Below are positions 9,201 through 19,170 of a stretch of DNA of 31,640 nucleotides, piece by piece. The notes beneath the pieces were generated by a model. It saw only the letters and a program-made list of their open reading frames with translations. It had not been told where the DNA came from and did no database searches. Each line of letters begins with the position of its first letter. The first letter of the stretch is position 1. The DNA is from Armatimonadota bacterium (lineage in GTDB: Bacteria > Armatimonadota > UBA5829 > DTLH01). The stretch spans positions 1-31,640 of the forward strand of contig JBDKUN010000038.1 in assembly GCA_039679675.1 (NCBI GenBank). The letters are read 5' to 3'. The translations under genes and the position numbers were made by a program.

Positions 9201-11009
9201 CCACTCAGCGGACCGGCCATAATCAAGAGTCGATTCGATCATATTCGCACGAACACCCATATATGACTTGTTGTAGCTTCTGACAACAGCAAGACAATCA
9301 GGCACGGGAAGGTTCGGAACGAAACTCCTCTTCGGATCGAAGCAAACAGCCTGGCCGCCAAGTTCGGCATGCCCACCCTGCGCTTGAAGCCGTGAGAATG
9401 TGCTTGGATCCGTAAACGGCATAGTAAACGGCTTGTTATCGCCCTGCTTTTTGACCGGATCACGGAGTATATGATCGACAATGCAGGAGATCATTGTCAC
9501 CTGCTTGGCGAGGTTCTTAACATTGACTTGTTTAACAGTATCAAACGGTGTATCTACGAATGGGCGAGCGTCATTTATGCTGACAAACGACAAACCCATC
9601 GCCCCTGCGAGCGTTACAGGCTCAGTATCTAGCGCGATCATACCCGGAATATAATTCCGCCATGACTTACCGCCGATCTGGTTAACACAGTCGGCAAATC
9701 GTTTGTCCGCCGAATCCGAGAACCCAAGCGTGCTTGCAATTCTGGCGCTGTGTTCACGGCACTTCGTTGCGATATCGGAGAATTTACCCTGTTGGTCTTC
9801 CCGCATATCGTAGAAGTAGCCCTTATACATAACCCCCACGCCTTCTGTCCTGCTTGTGAGGTCCAGACCAAGGTAGAGATACACTTTTGGTGCGTTGGGA
9901 ACTTTATAATGGCATCCTCTTTTATTCAACCAAATCTTTATCTTATCGAAGCTGCCGGTTTTACGGCATTCGTACATATGGCGGTCTATGTAGGAACGCA
10001 TCCCGGCGAGGCTCATAAAGTGCCCACTTGTGGAAATCAGCCATACTGTGCGCTTCGGCGGAACCTGCTTTAGTATTCTCGCCATTTCAAGCATTGCGCT
10101 CACGCCGCAGCTTGTATCGGCGGCCGGAGCAATTGCGGGGACTACGGACATTCCGTCATAATAGGAGTGGATTACTACGATCTGGTCTTTAAGCTTTGGA
10201 TCAGTGCCCTCTATCTTTGCAATTATATTGTCTGCTTTTTCCCGCTTCCAGGGCATACTGCACTTAACTACAGCATTGTTTGCTTTGCCTGAAGCTATCA
10301 GCTTTTTGACGGCTTGGGCATCTTTTTTCGAGATCCAGAACCTTGGAATCGACAGAGGAATAGCACTATATTTAGCTTCCGCCTCTCCTCGCATAGTCGT
10401 ATCCGGCTCCACAAAGATTATCAGCTTCGCACCGAGCCGGGGAGCGTTCAGCCATTCAGTCCCACAATTAAACTCAACCAGAGCACCGCTTCCTTCGACG
10501 TTCTTTCCATTAAAATCCGGAAGCGCCGCGTGTCCGGCATAAATCAGGTTGCACTTTATTCCTTCAGGAGGAAGCTGCGAGGTACGTACAAGGTTCGGCC
10601 ATATCCCGTAGATTTTGAAGCTGTGCCCTGCTATAGTGACACTTCCGCCATTATCTACCGGTACAGTAACATCAAATGGCTCAGTAGTTATATCCTTGAT
10701 ACCTGTCTTGCGGAGTTCACTTACTATGTATTCTGCAGCTTTTTGGGAACCCGGATATCCTGCAACGCGAGAGCCATAAGACGAAAGCTCATTAACAGAT
10801 TGCTGGAGCCTGTTCTCATTCACCAGCGATGCTATTTCCTTATACCGCGATGCGACTTGAGCGGGAACTTCTTCAGGCTTCGGCTGAGAAAGTGTGTTTA
10901 TAGGAGCGCCCGATTCTTTTCGGACATAAGGCTTCTGAAACAAGACAAATATTACAAGTAACACTACAACCAATATGGTTGCATATTTAAAAAGTAACGG
11001 TTTTCGAAT
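6300..11009 (-). CDS. Large fusion: PA/M28 peptidase-like domain plus FtsX-like permease
   Basis: N-terminal SRVAGYPGSQKAAEYI, a PA-like insert, NIIAKIEG and an M28 core. C-terminal FtsX motif NTMLGSVYERVKEIGIFSSIGL. The ORF track starts at TTG 10973; the probable true start is ATT 11009 or ATC 11012 (see findings). Confidence 0.88.
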   Translation of the reverse strand: MRKPLLFKYATILVVVLLVIFVLFQKPYVRKESGAPINTLSQPKPEEVPAQVASRYKEIASLVNENRLQQSVNELSSYGSRVAGYPGSQKAAEYIVSELRKTGIKDITTEPFDVTVPVDNGGSVTIAGHSFKIYGIWPNLVRTSQLPPEGIKCNLIYAGHAALPDFNGKNVEGSGALVEFNCGTEWLNAPRLGAKLIIFVEPDTTMRGEAEAKYSAIPLSIPRFWISKKDAQAVKKLIASGKANNAVVKCSMPWKREKADNIIAKIEGTDPKLKDQIVVIHSYYDGMSVVPAIAPAADTSCGVSAMLEMARILKQVPPKRTVWLISTSGHFMSLAGMRSYIDRHMYECRKTGSFDKIKIWLNKRGCHYKVPNAPKVYLYLGLDLTSRTEGVGVMYKGYFYDMREDQQGKFSDIATKCREHSARIASTLGFSDSADKRFADCVNQIGGKSWRNYIPGMIALDTEPVTLAGAMGLSFVSINDARPFVDTPFDTVKQVNVKNLAKQVTMISCIVDHILRDPVKKQGDNKPFTMPFTDPSTFSRLQAQGGHAELGGQAVCFDPKRSFVPNLPVPDCLAVVRSYNKSYMGVRANMIESTLDYGRSAEWKKKNPEQVGRYKFAGVAPLTAYNAPVTTSIGAYKIDPATGDIISAPDQGVYGEFYPTEIKVTTGVKETPIILFNCVSSSIYDLLDPQGLCALSTMDIYDGITNGKPRTFGYALAVPEPQNPHIENMAVIFSSRNARLKMVMGSGPAATRLVLINSKLDKRGALFTKPEAAEGNGYDVGNGITFQNTALKVTQDLWNLDEFRIQRLKKYKIINEGLDTLHNQAKMEMAEAQKALKVKDYAAFDSCCRAAWGYEIRAYPSVQATAKDVVKGVLFYLALMLPFAFFTERLLIGSTKLTWQLTWFFIIFLLVFFIFWQVHPAFQITMNPSIVLLAFIMLALSSLVIALVAGRFDTLMKTFNQQVGGLHKADIGRMSVAAAAFSLGISNMRRRKARTILTCITLIVLTFLVLSFTSVVQSLKFNKIPAKHDDGAYIYNGVMIRTPMWDPLQEIAYQLMDDEFGEKYPVAPRAWYFGSQLGEQSFLTIERGNLSFDAKAAVGLTPQEASILDLNGKNKSAISSGDWFGYHAGKKIKNWDDSYDIILPTKIAEALQIKPTDIGKAKVSFAGIEYTVTGIIDSSKFKKITDLDGESLTPADFILMSKMSNQTKGAGDAGFSQYMHMEPDCCFFVPYKTLMNMGGNLRSIAIGYASADDVRYQLDKLMPRLGLNLYAGIGDSIYRYSSIGSSSGKGFNSVFIPILIASLIVLNTMLGSVYERVKEIGIFSSIGLAPSHIAVLFIAESLVYAVLGAVAGYVLGQGASKILTMTGWLPNLYLNFSSKSAVWSTMIVVVVVIASTIYPARKASQVATPAIQRSWHVPDPVGDLWQIALPFAVTGEQAKGVNGFLAEWFRAYEDYSIGDFVTEGVATDTVDTEHGKGYCVKSRTWLAPFDLGVSQMVELMTIPTDMEDVYEVKVSITRESGDVSNWKRVNRRFLNTLRKQFLIWRTMKEEDREKYLASTTADNDLEAKV

Positions 11010-11057
11010 GATCTTTCACCCCTGGAAACGGCCTCTTTTACTAGCCCTCTAGCGTTA

Positions 11058-11087
11058 ATTATATCATATCGGTTAAAAGCTCTACAA
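11058..11087 (-). promoter_or_regulatory. Sigma70-type promoter for the six-gene operon
   Basis: TTGTAG-N18-TATAAT with an extended -10 TG on the minus strand. Confidence 0.6.
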
Positions 11088-11229
11088 TAGAAATTATTTA
11101 ATATTTGCACGTTGGTGAGAAAGGCAGGTTATGTAGCTTAAAATCTTTAAGTAAACAGCAGAGTTATATTGCGTCTATCCATTAAGGTGGATGTTATATT
11201 CTTGCAATCTTTCGGGAGGTATGTCAGAT

Positions 11230-12588
11230 TTGAAGTTATTATATGCGTTTGTACCGGTCTTTCTATTATGTTCTACAGGGCAGGTTCTCTCACAGGAGGT
11301 TCTTCCTGCAGCACCTCAGATACAACAGCAGGACTCTCGGCCTCTACAGTCGCCTTTGCCACCAGTAGCGATACCACCGGTACCAACAGTCAAACAGGAG
11401 ACCAGCCTGTTCAAAAGAACTCCTGATATAGATGGAATGATCGAACAGGGTGAGTGGGATACTTTCTATAAATTCGACTACGGCGACATGAAAGCTTCGG
11501 TGTATGTCGATTGGGACAGTGATAATCTTTATATCGCATCCAAGTCTACAACCCCTACTGATCTGCTTGTGACACTTGATGCGAATAATGACGGTTGGTT
11601 CCACGGAATGGACAACTACGAGTTCGTAGTCAGACCTTCTGAGTCGGAAGGCAGCCCAACACTTGCAGTAAGCCGTTATGAGTCTCAAAAGACAACTGCA
11701 AACAGCGGATACCCGCTTGCAGCAGCCGAGGCAACAGCTTTCACACTTAAAACGAGCTCTGCCGACAAATCTTATATATATGAACTTGCCATTCCCCGAA
11801 CATCTATAGAAGGGCTTGACCTGAAAAACGGGAAAAAGATCGGGCTTAAGATAGCTGTAGGCGCTGGCGGTGAAAACATGATCTGGATTCCGGCCGCACC
11901 GCTCGGCGAGACTCAGACAGTTGATCTGACTACTGCCAAGTCCTCGACAGATGCGCCTCTCAGTATCGGCATGGAATTAAGGGATTCCCGTATTGCCCCC
12001 GGAGAAGAACTGGTAGCCAAGATTACCATCAAGAACAAGGGAGCTTCTACTGTTCCCATAGATACACTTGTAATCGGCGGCGAGGGAAAGACATCGAAAA
12101 TACTTGGAAGCCAGTTGATCCGCACGGAAGGTATCAAGCCCGGAAAGAGCTACAGTACCATATTCCGCACATCTGTCCCGCACTCGACCCACGCAGGAAG
12201 CGCCGCTCTTGGGCTTGAGCTCAGGACGGGTGATACAACAGTTGCGTCCTCTCTTCTATCATTCGATATCGTTCCAGCCTATGAGATAAGGCTCGATACA
12301 GGTAATTCTCCGCTGGAACGCGGATCTTTCAGCCGAATCTCTGTAATTGTAAAGAACAATACGAAAAGTGAGATGCATGGACGGGTGAAACTGAGTTTAC
12401 CTAAGGACTGGACTTTTAGATGGTCGCAGGACAGTAAGGATTTGTATATACTGCAGGAAGACAGCGAGCAGGCTGCTGTATTTCGCGTAAAACCGCCTGC
12501 GGCGCCGCAGTCACGAACACCAATTCTGGCGGAACTTCGCGTCGGCGACCAGGTATTCTCGGTTTCCGGCCTAATCAACGTCAAATAG
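11230..12588 (+). CDS. Secreted protein with CBM9/DOMON-like and Ig-like (CARDB/NEW3-type) domains
   Basis: GGAGGT lies 9 nt before TTG 11230, giving signal peptide MKLLYAFVPVFLLC. PDIDGMIEQGEW, WDSDNLYIA and YELAIP are CBM9-like motifs, followed by two beta-sandwich segments. Confidence 0.7.
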   Translation: MKLLYAFVPVFLLCSTGQVLSQEVLPAAPQIQQQDSRPLQSPLPPVAIPPVPTVKQETSLFKRTPDIDGMIEQGEWDTFYKFDYGDMKASVYVDWDSDNLYIASKSTTPTDLLVTLDANNDGWFHGMDNYEFVVRPSESEGSPTLAVSRYESQKTTANSGYPLAAAEATAFTLKTSSADKSYIYELAIPRTSIEGLDLKNGKKIGLKIAVGAGGENMIWIPAAPLGETQTVDLTTAKSSTDAPLSIGMELRDSRIAPGEELVAKITIKNKGASTVPIDTLVIGGEGKTSKILGSQLIRTEGIKPGKSYSTIFRTSVPHSTHAGSAALGLELRTGDTTVASSLLSFDIVPAYEIRLDTGNSPLERGSFSRISVIVKNNTKSEMHGRVKLSLPKDWTFRWSQDSKDLYILQEDSEQAAVFRVKPPAAPQSRTPILAELRVGDQVFSVSGLINVK

Positions 12589-12593
12589 CATGG

Positions 12594-14660
12594 TCAGGCA
12601 TCTGCTGACCGTCTGATAACTACAATAGCGACATCATCCTGAACGATGCCTTTCGCTTGAAGAGAGGCACGTTCATGGATGTGTTGTGCTATCTCCTGAG
12701 GCGAGCCTTTTGCACACTCTTTGATACTTTCTATGAGCCCTTCCTGCCCGAACATATTGCCTTCGGATCTGGCTTCAGTAATACCATCCGTGTAGAGCAC
12801 AAAAATATCATCAGTGTCGAGGGTTATTTCATCCTCGATGTATTTGGCATCCTTTATTACGCCTATTACGGGGCCGGTAGGCTCAAGCATCGTCACTTTT
12901 CCGGCTGATGAAACCCTTATAGCAGGTTCATGTCCGGCATTTGAATACACCAGACGGCCTGTTTCGGTATCAAGTATCCCGCAGAACATCGTAACGAATA
13001 TGTTATCAGGCATTTCGTTGCGCTCTGCACGCTCATACATTGAATCCGACATCCTTTTGAGCGATTCAGCCTGTGTAAGGCCTTCTCTGGTATAGGCCTG
13101 GAAGGAATATTTCACAATAGCAGTGTATACTGCCGCATCCAGCCCTTTACCGGATACATCCCCAAGAACAATAGCGATTCTTCCATCGCCAAGATCGAAA
13201 TAATCATAAAAATCGCCGCCCACCTGGGCTTCATCCCAGGCCGGTTCATATTTACCTGCGATCTTTATCGAACCATATTCGAAGTCCTTGGGTGGGAAAA
13301 GTACCCGCTGCAGGTTCTCTGCAATCCGGTGCTCGTGCTCATAATGTTCGGAGTTCGCAAGAGCGATGGCGGCATGACGCGCAAATGCTGTCAACATATC
13401 CGCATCACCATCAGTAAACTTACCTACTTCTGATGAACCGACATATATGGCGCCGACAGATCTGCCTTCGCTTACGATAGGAGCCCACATAATCGAACGC
13501 ATTCCGCGCTTTGCAAATTCGGAGTGCCTGTGCTTACTTTCAGTCGCCAGATCAGAAATAACTTTAGGTTTTATTGTGGCAAACACTTCGCCTGCCAGAG
13601 ATTCGTGGATCGAAATACCAAACGGATGGGAATCACCCAATCCTTCAAATGTGGCAATCTCGATTGTCCCATCTGGTTTGACTTCACCTATCGCAGAAGA
13701 GTCTGCATTGAACATCTTGCATGTCAGCACTACTATCTGTCGCAGTGTTGACTCCTTTTGAAGACCTGATCCTAGTGCTTCACCAATACTCGTGAATGAT
13801 TCCTGGAGCCGCTTGTTAGCAAGCGATAATTCTGCGTACGGCCTGCGAAGAGACGAAACAAAAAGCGCCTGGAGTACAAAATAGTTTGCTACAGCTTTAG
13901 CAATATTGCCGATCAAGTTGTGCGTATCATAAGGGCTTTGGTAGAGCATAAAACAAAGCTCGCTGCCGATTGCGAAAATAATCGCTGTTCTTAATATCGC
14001 ACCTGAGTCTATGAGTGATTCACTATTCCGGCCCAGTGCCCAATAAGCAATCAGATAGACACCAATGACTAAGTAATCAAGCATAATCTTAAACAGAGTT
14101 ATACCTGACCCTGTTATGTAAATAAGTTCAGAGACCTCTTTTGAATAAGTATGGAAGATGGTGATTACTGCGGCGATTAAAACAATTGATGCTGATCCAA
14201 GAATCCCAGGTTTTAGCCACCTGCTCTTCGTATCAGGTGAGATGAATGCGGTACCTAACAGTGTAAAAGCGCTGATAATCCGTGCTAATATCCAATATGC
14301 CGCCGCTTTGCCTACAGTATTTGCACCAATGAAATCAGGCATACCCTTAAAAGAAAGCGTATGCATAAAGTCCAAAATGCCAATGACCAAAAAGGCGTTT
14401 GCAATAAACAGGTCTCGCCGGTTGTGGTTCTGCTGATAGCCATACCAGCCTACCACGAATACGGCGATGCTTACGACTATACTGGTAAACTCAATGATTG
14501 TGTGGATTGGGATATACCAAAAAGGCGACATAGCACCTTTCGAATATGTCCTTATAAGCAAAGCTGTAATTACCCCAAGCACACATATTCCGGCTGCAAT
14601 CAGGTGACTAAACCTCGCGCGCCGGACAACATTTACATTTTGCACCTTAACAACATGCAT
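12594..14660 (-). CDS. MASE3-GAF-PP2C (SpoIIE/RsbU-family) Ser/Thr phosphatase
   Basis: MASE3-like TM region (HTIIEF, LDFMHTLSFKGMP, YWILAR), a GAF domain, and PP2C motifs VGGDFYD, GDVSGKG, NAGH, YTDG, DD. GGAG precedes ATG 14660; GTG 14708 is the alternative start. Confidence 0.9.
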   Translation of the reverse strand: MHVVKVQNVNVVRRARFSHLIAAGICVLGVITALLIRTYSKGAMSPFWYIPIHTIIEFTSIVVSIAVFVVGWYGYQQNHNRRDLFIANAFLVIGILDFMHTLSFKGMPDFIGANTVGKAAAYWILARIISAFTLLGTAFISPDTKSRWLKPGILGSASIVLIAAVITIFHTYSKEVSELIYITGSGITLFKIMLDYLVIGVYLIAYWALGRNSESLIDSGAILRTAIIFAIGSELCFMLYQSPYDTHNLIGNIAKAVANYFVLQALFVSSLRRPYAELSLANKRLQESFTSIGEALGSGLQKESTLRQIVVLTCKMFNADSSAIGEVKPDGTIEIATFEGLGDSHPFGISIHESLAGEVFATIKPKVISDLATESKHRHSEFAKRGMRSIMWAPIVSEGRSVGAIYVGSSEVGKFTDGDADMLTAFARHAAIALANSEHYEHEHRIAENLQRVLFPPKDFEYGSIKIAGKYEPAWDEAQVGGDFYDYFDLGDGRIAIVLGDVSGKGLDAAVYTAIVKYSFQAYTREGLTQAESLKRMSDSMYERAERNEMPDNIFVTMFCGILDTETGRLVYSNAGHEPAIRVSSAGKVTMLEPTGPVIGVIKDAKYIEDEITLDTDDIFVLYTDGITEARSEGNMFGQEGLIESIKECAKGSPQEIAQHIHERASLQAKGIVQDDVAIVVIRRSADA

Positions 14661-14713
14661 ACTGATTCTCCGATCAGCAAACTTGCCATATAAGCTCTGA
14701 CCAGCCACATATT

Positions 14714-14742
14714 ATTATAACACTTCGAAATATATGAATCAA
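14714..14742 (-). promoter_or_regulatory. Sigma70-type promoter for the phosphatase gene
   Basis: TTGATT-N17-TATAAT with an extended -10 TG. Confidence 0.65.
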
Positions 14743-14819
14743 AGAAGATTTATTATATGAGGTATTCGTCACATTTACAATAATCCCCTATCTGCTGTTC
14801 CTGACAGCGTAATACCCAC

Positions 14820-14847
14820 AAAAAAAGCGCCTGATACTCAGACGCTT
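14820..14847 (-). terminator. Intrinsic terminator of the tRNA operon
   Basis: Minus strand AAGCGTCTGA-GTA-TCAGGCGCTT followed by a T run. Confidence 0.8.
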
Positions 14848-14869
14848 CCAGCATAGTATATTTGGTTTT

Positions 14870-14947
14870 TGGGGCGAGTGAAGAGATTCGAACTCTCGGC
14901 CTCCAGGGCCACAACCTGGCGCTCTAACCAGCTGAGCTACACCCGCC
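14870..14947 (-). tRNA. tRNA-His (GTG)
   Basis: Cloverleaf with anticodon arm CCAGG-TTGTGGC-CCTGG, TTCGAAT T-loop, G-1:C73 and encoded CCA. Confidence 0.97.
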
Positions 14948-14952
14948 ATATT

Positions 14953-15028
<76 letters not shown>

Positions 15029-15044
15029 GTACTGTAGCACTCAA

Positions 15045-15074
15045 ATTATACCAAACACCAATATTCTTAGTCAA
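15045..15074 (-). promoter_or_regulatory. Sigma70-type promoter for the tRNA-Arg/His operon
   Basis: TTGACT-N18-TATAAT with an extended -10 TG, ending 16 nt upstream of tRNA-Arg. Confidence 0.75.
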
Positions 15075-15149
15075 CAAAAAAGCTTTAACTAAGAAGCTGG
15101 CGGTGATATACTTGTGCTGAACGCCAGAGTTTGATGGTATGGGATTAAA

Positions 15150-16108
15150 ATGCTGAATCACAAAAAACAACTTGATGTAACTTGTCTTGGCATATTCGTT
15201 GCCGACACATTGGGGAAACCAGTTGAGCGAATGCCGGACTGGAGGCAGCTTCAGGTAGTAGAGCATGTAGAACTCGCTACTGGCGGATGCGCCAATAACA
15301 CCGGCACAACCCTCGCGAGGCTTGGAATGAAGGTCGGGGTTATCGGAAAGGTCGGAAACGACGTTTTCGGTGACTTTATACTCGGCAGCCTCAAAAAAAA
15401 CAACATCGACACCAGAGGGATGATGCGAAGCTCTGAACTCGGCACATCTTTCAGCTTCGTAATCGTTGCGCCAGACGGAGAAAGGGCATTTTTCCACTAT
15501 GTAGGCGCGAACGGTTCGCTTTCTATCGATGATGTCGATTTTTCCATCATAGAGCAGTCGCACATCCTGCATGTTGCCGGTTCGTTCGTCATGCCCGGTC
15601 TTGACGGTGGTCCTACGGCAAAAGTTCTCAAAAGGGCTAAAGAGATGGGCGTAATTACCTGCCTCGACACCGTTTGGAACGATGCCATAGACTGCTACAA
15701 GACGCTTGAGCCGTCGCTTCCTTATTTGGATTACTTCCTTCCGAGCATTGACGAAGCTCAGTTGATGACCGGCCAGAAGGGCGTCAGCGACATAGCCAAG
15801 TTCTTTATGGATAAAGGAGTCAAGACTGTCGGACTCAAGATGGGAGCGGAGGGATGCTTCCTGAAGAATAAGGATGTCGAGATACATTGCCGGGCATTCA
15901 AGACAAACGTAGTGGACACCTGCGGCGCAGGCGATTCATGGATAGGCGGTTTCCTTGCCGGTGTCGCTAAGGGCTGGAGCCTGGAGGAATGCGGCAGGCT
16001 CGGTAACGCCACTGGCTCCATCTGCGCGAGCGCGATGGGCGCGACGACCGGCGTGAAGAGCTGGGATGAGACGGTCAAATATATGGAAAAGGCGGAGTTG
16101 CTGGGGTA

Positions 16109-16109
<1 letters not shown>
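15150..16109 (+). CDS. PfkB/ribokinase-family carbohydrate kinase
   Basis: GGCANNTGTTLARLG...GKVGNDVFG and VVDTCGAGDSWIGG PfkB signatures. Confidence 0.93.
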
Positions 16110-17831
<1,722 letters not shown>

Positions 17832-17832
17832 T

Positions 17833-17849
17833 ATGAGCTGACAGCTCAT
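17833..17849. other. Perfect inverted repeat after the sugar operon (terminator or operator)
   Basis: ATGAGCTG-A-CAGCTCAT directly abuts the lexA -35. The T tail is short. Confidence 0.5.
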
Positions 17850-17879
17850 TTGACAGTAGACTTATGTCTAGTATATAAT
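17850..17879 (+). promoter_or_regulatory. lexA promoter with palindromic operator in the spacer
   Basis: TTGACA (17850-55)-N18-TATAAT (17874-79), with TAGAC-TTAT-GTCTA at 17857-17870. Confidence 0.85.
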
Positions 17880-17888
17880 CAAAGAGAA

Positions 17889-18518
17889 ATGGGCACTGAG
17901 GCAAAACAGGCTAAGCTGACCGCGAGACAGCGGGAAGTGCTTAGTTTTATCATCAACTACATAAGCGAGAAGGGTTTTCCGCCCTCTATTAGAGAAATTG
18001 GGGCGGCTCTCAACATATCCAGCCTGCGCGGCGTCACGATCCATCTGGACGCGCTGGAAAGAAAAGGCTGGATTAAGCGTGAGAGTACATCTCGCGCGAT
18101 TCAGGTGCTCTCCCCAATACCGACGAGGAAAAAAGGCGCTGAGTCTATCCCAATTCTCGGTACTATTGCCGCCGGAGTCCCCATTTTGGCGGTAGAAAAC
18201 ATCGAAGGCTATCTACTTATCCCGGAAGAGATGACCAGGCATTCAAATGGTCTTTTCGCGCTCATAATCGCCGGTGACAGCATGGTAGGAGACGCTATAC
18301 TGCCGGATGATATTGTCATAATTCGACCGATGAAAAGCGTCGAAAACGGTGAGTTGGCTGCAGTCCTTTTGGGAGAAGAGGCAACAGTCAAAAGAGTCCG
18401 TTTTGAAAAAGACAAAGTGATGCTTATTGCCTCAAACCCGAAATATCAGCCGATAATCACTGACCATGAAGGCTGCCGGATAATCGGTAAGCTTGTTGGA
18501 TTGATCCGTAATTATTAA
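17889..18518 (+). CDS. lexA: LexA SOS repressor
   Basis: LTARQREVL...GFPPSIREIG wHTH, IAAG cleavage site, catalytic GDSM and TVKR. The ORF-track TTG 17850 is the -35 hexamer, so ATG 17889 is preferred. Confidence 0.95.
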   Translation: MGTEAKQAKLTARQREVLSFIINYISEKGFPPSIREIGAALNISSLRGVTIHLDALERKGWIKRESTSRAIQVLSPIPTRKKGAESIPILGTIAAGVPILAVENIEGYLLIPEEMTRHSNGLFALIIAGDSMVGDAILPDDIVIIRPMKSVENGELAAVLLGEEATVKRVRFEKDKVMLIASNPKYQPIITDHEGCRIIGKLVGLIRNY

Positions 18519-18538
18519 AACCGGTCAAAACGCTGCTT

Positions 18539-18913
18539 TCAGGACTGCTCCTGAGATATTTCCGATTTAACCGACTGCAGTGCTTCATTTATTGTCTTAA
18601 ACGTTCCGAACACCGTATTCAGCCGGGTAATTCGAAGCATTCTGTCGATTGCGCTGTTGCAGGCTACAAGATTTACAGTGCCGCCCTCCGGACGGAGTCG
18701 CTTGGTCGCCGAAAGTAGAGTGCCGAACCCGCTGGAGTCCATATAGGTGACATGCCCCATATCGACTATCAGATCTTTCTGTCCTGAATTGATAATCTGA
18801 TTCACGGCTTCTTTGAACTGCGGGGCGGTGTAAACATCAATTTCGCCAGTTACATCGAGTACTTTATACTCTTCTATCTCGCGAGTGTTCGTTTCCAGTC
18901 GGATGCCCTCCAA
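18539..18913 (-). CDS. Anti-sigma factor antagonist (STAS, RsbV/SpoIIAA family)
   Basis: GEIDVYTAPQF and YMDSSGFG phospho-Ser motif. Strong SD GAGGAGG. Confidence 0.93.
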   Translation of the reverse strand: MEGIRLETNTREIEEYKVLDVTGEIDVYTAPQFKEAVNQIINSGQKDLIVDMGHVTYMDSSGFGTLLSATKRLRPEGGTVNLVACNSAIDRMLRITRLNTVFGTFKTINEALQSVKSEISQEQS

Positions 18914-19012
18914 TTTCCTTCCTCCTCATATGACCAACAGAGTCTTGGCAGTTGATATAACGAGTGATAAATATTATTTCAACAAAAATATTTTAACAAG
19001 CCTTTGCACTGA

Positions 19013-19042
19013 AGTATATAGCCAGAAATACCATCTAGTCAA
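19013..19042 (-). promoter_or_regulatory. Candidate sigma70-type promoter for the STAS gene
   Basis: TTGACT-N18-TATACT on the minus strand. Confidence 0.5.
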
Positions 19043-19170
19043 TCATTAGTCCAGGTTCAAACTCAAAAATATTTTCTCTCGCGATGTTATTCAGAAGGAA
19101 GGGTTATAGTATGTGACTAATCCATGATTAGTGGAAATAATTCCGCACCATATTCTAAGGAGGGTCATTC

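Noticed and set aside
11151..11177. ECF-like promoter GTAAAC...CGTCTA before the CBM9-like gene
   Set aside because: AAC-to-CGT spacing is 15 nt, shorter than the usual 16-17; too weak to call.
19057..19064. TCAAACTC upstream of htrA, matching part of the repeated element core
   Set aside because: Only 8 nt with no flanking similarity; compatible with chance.
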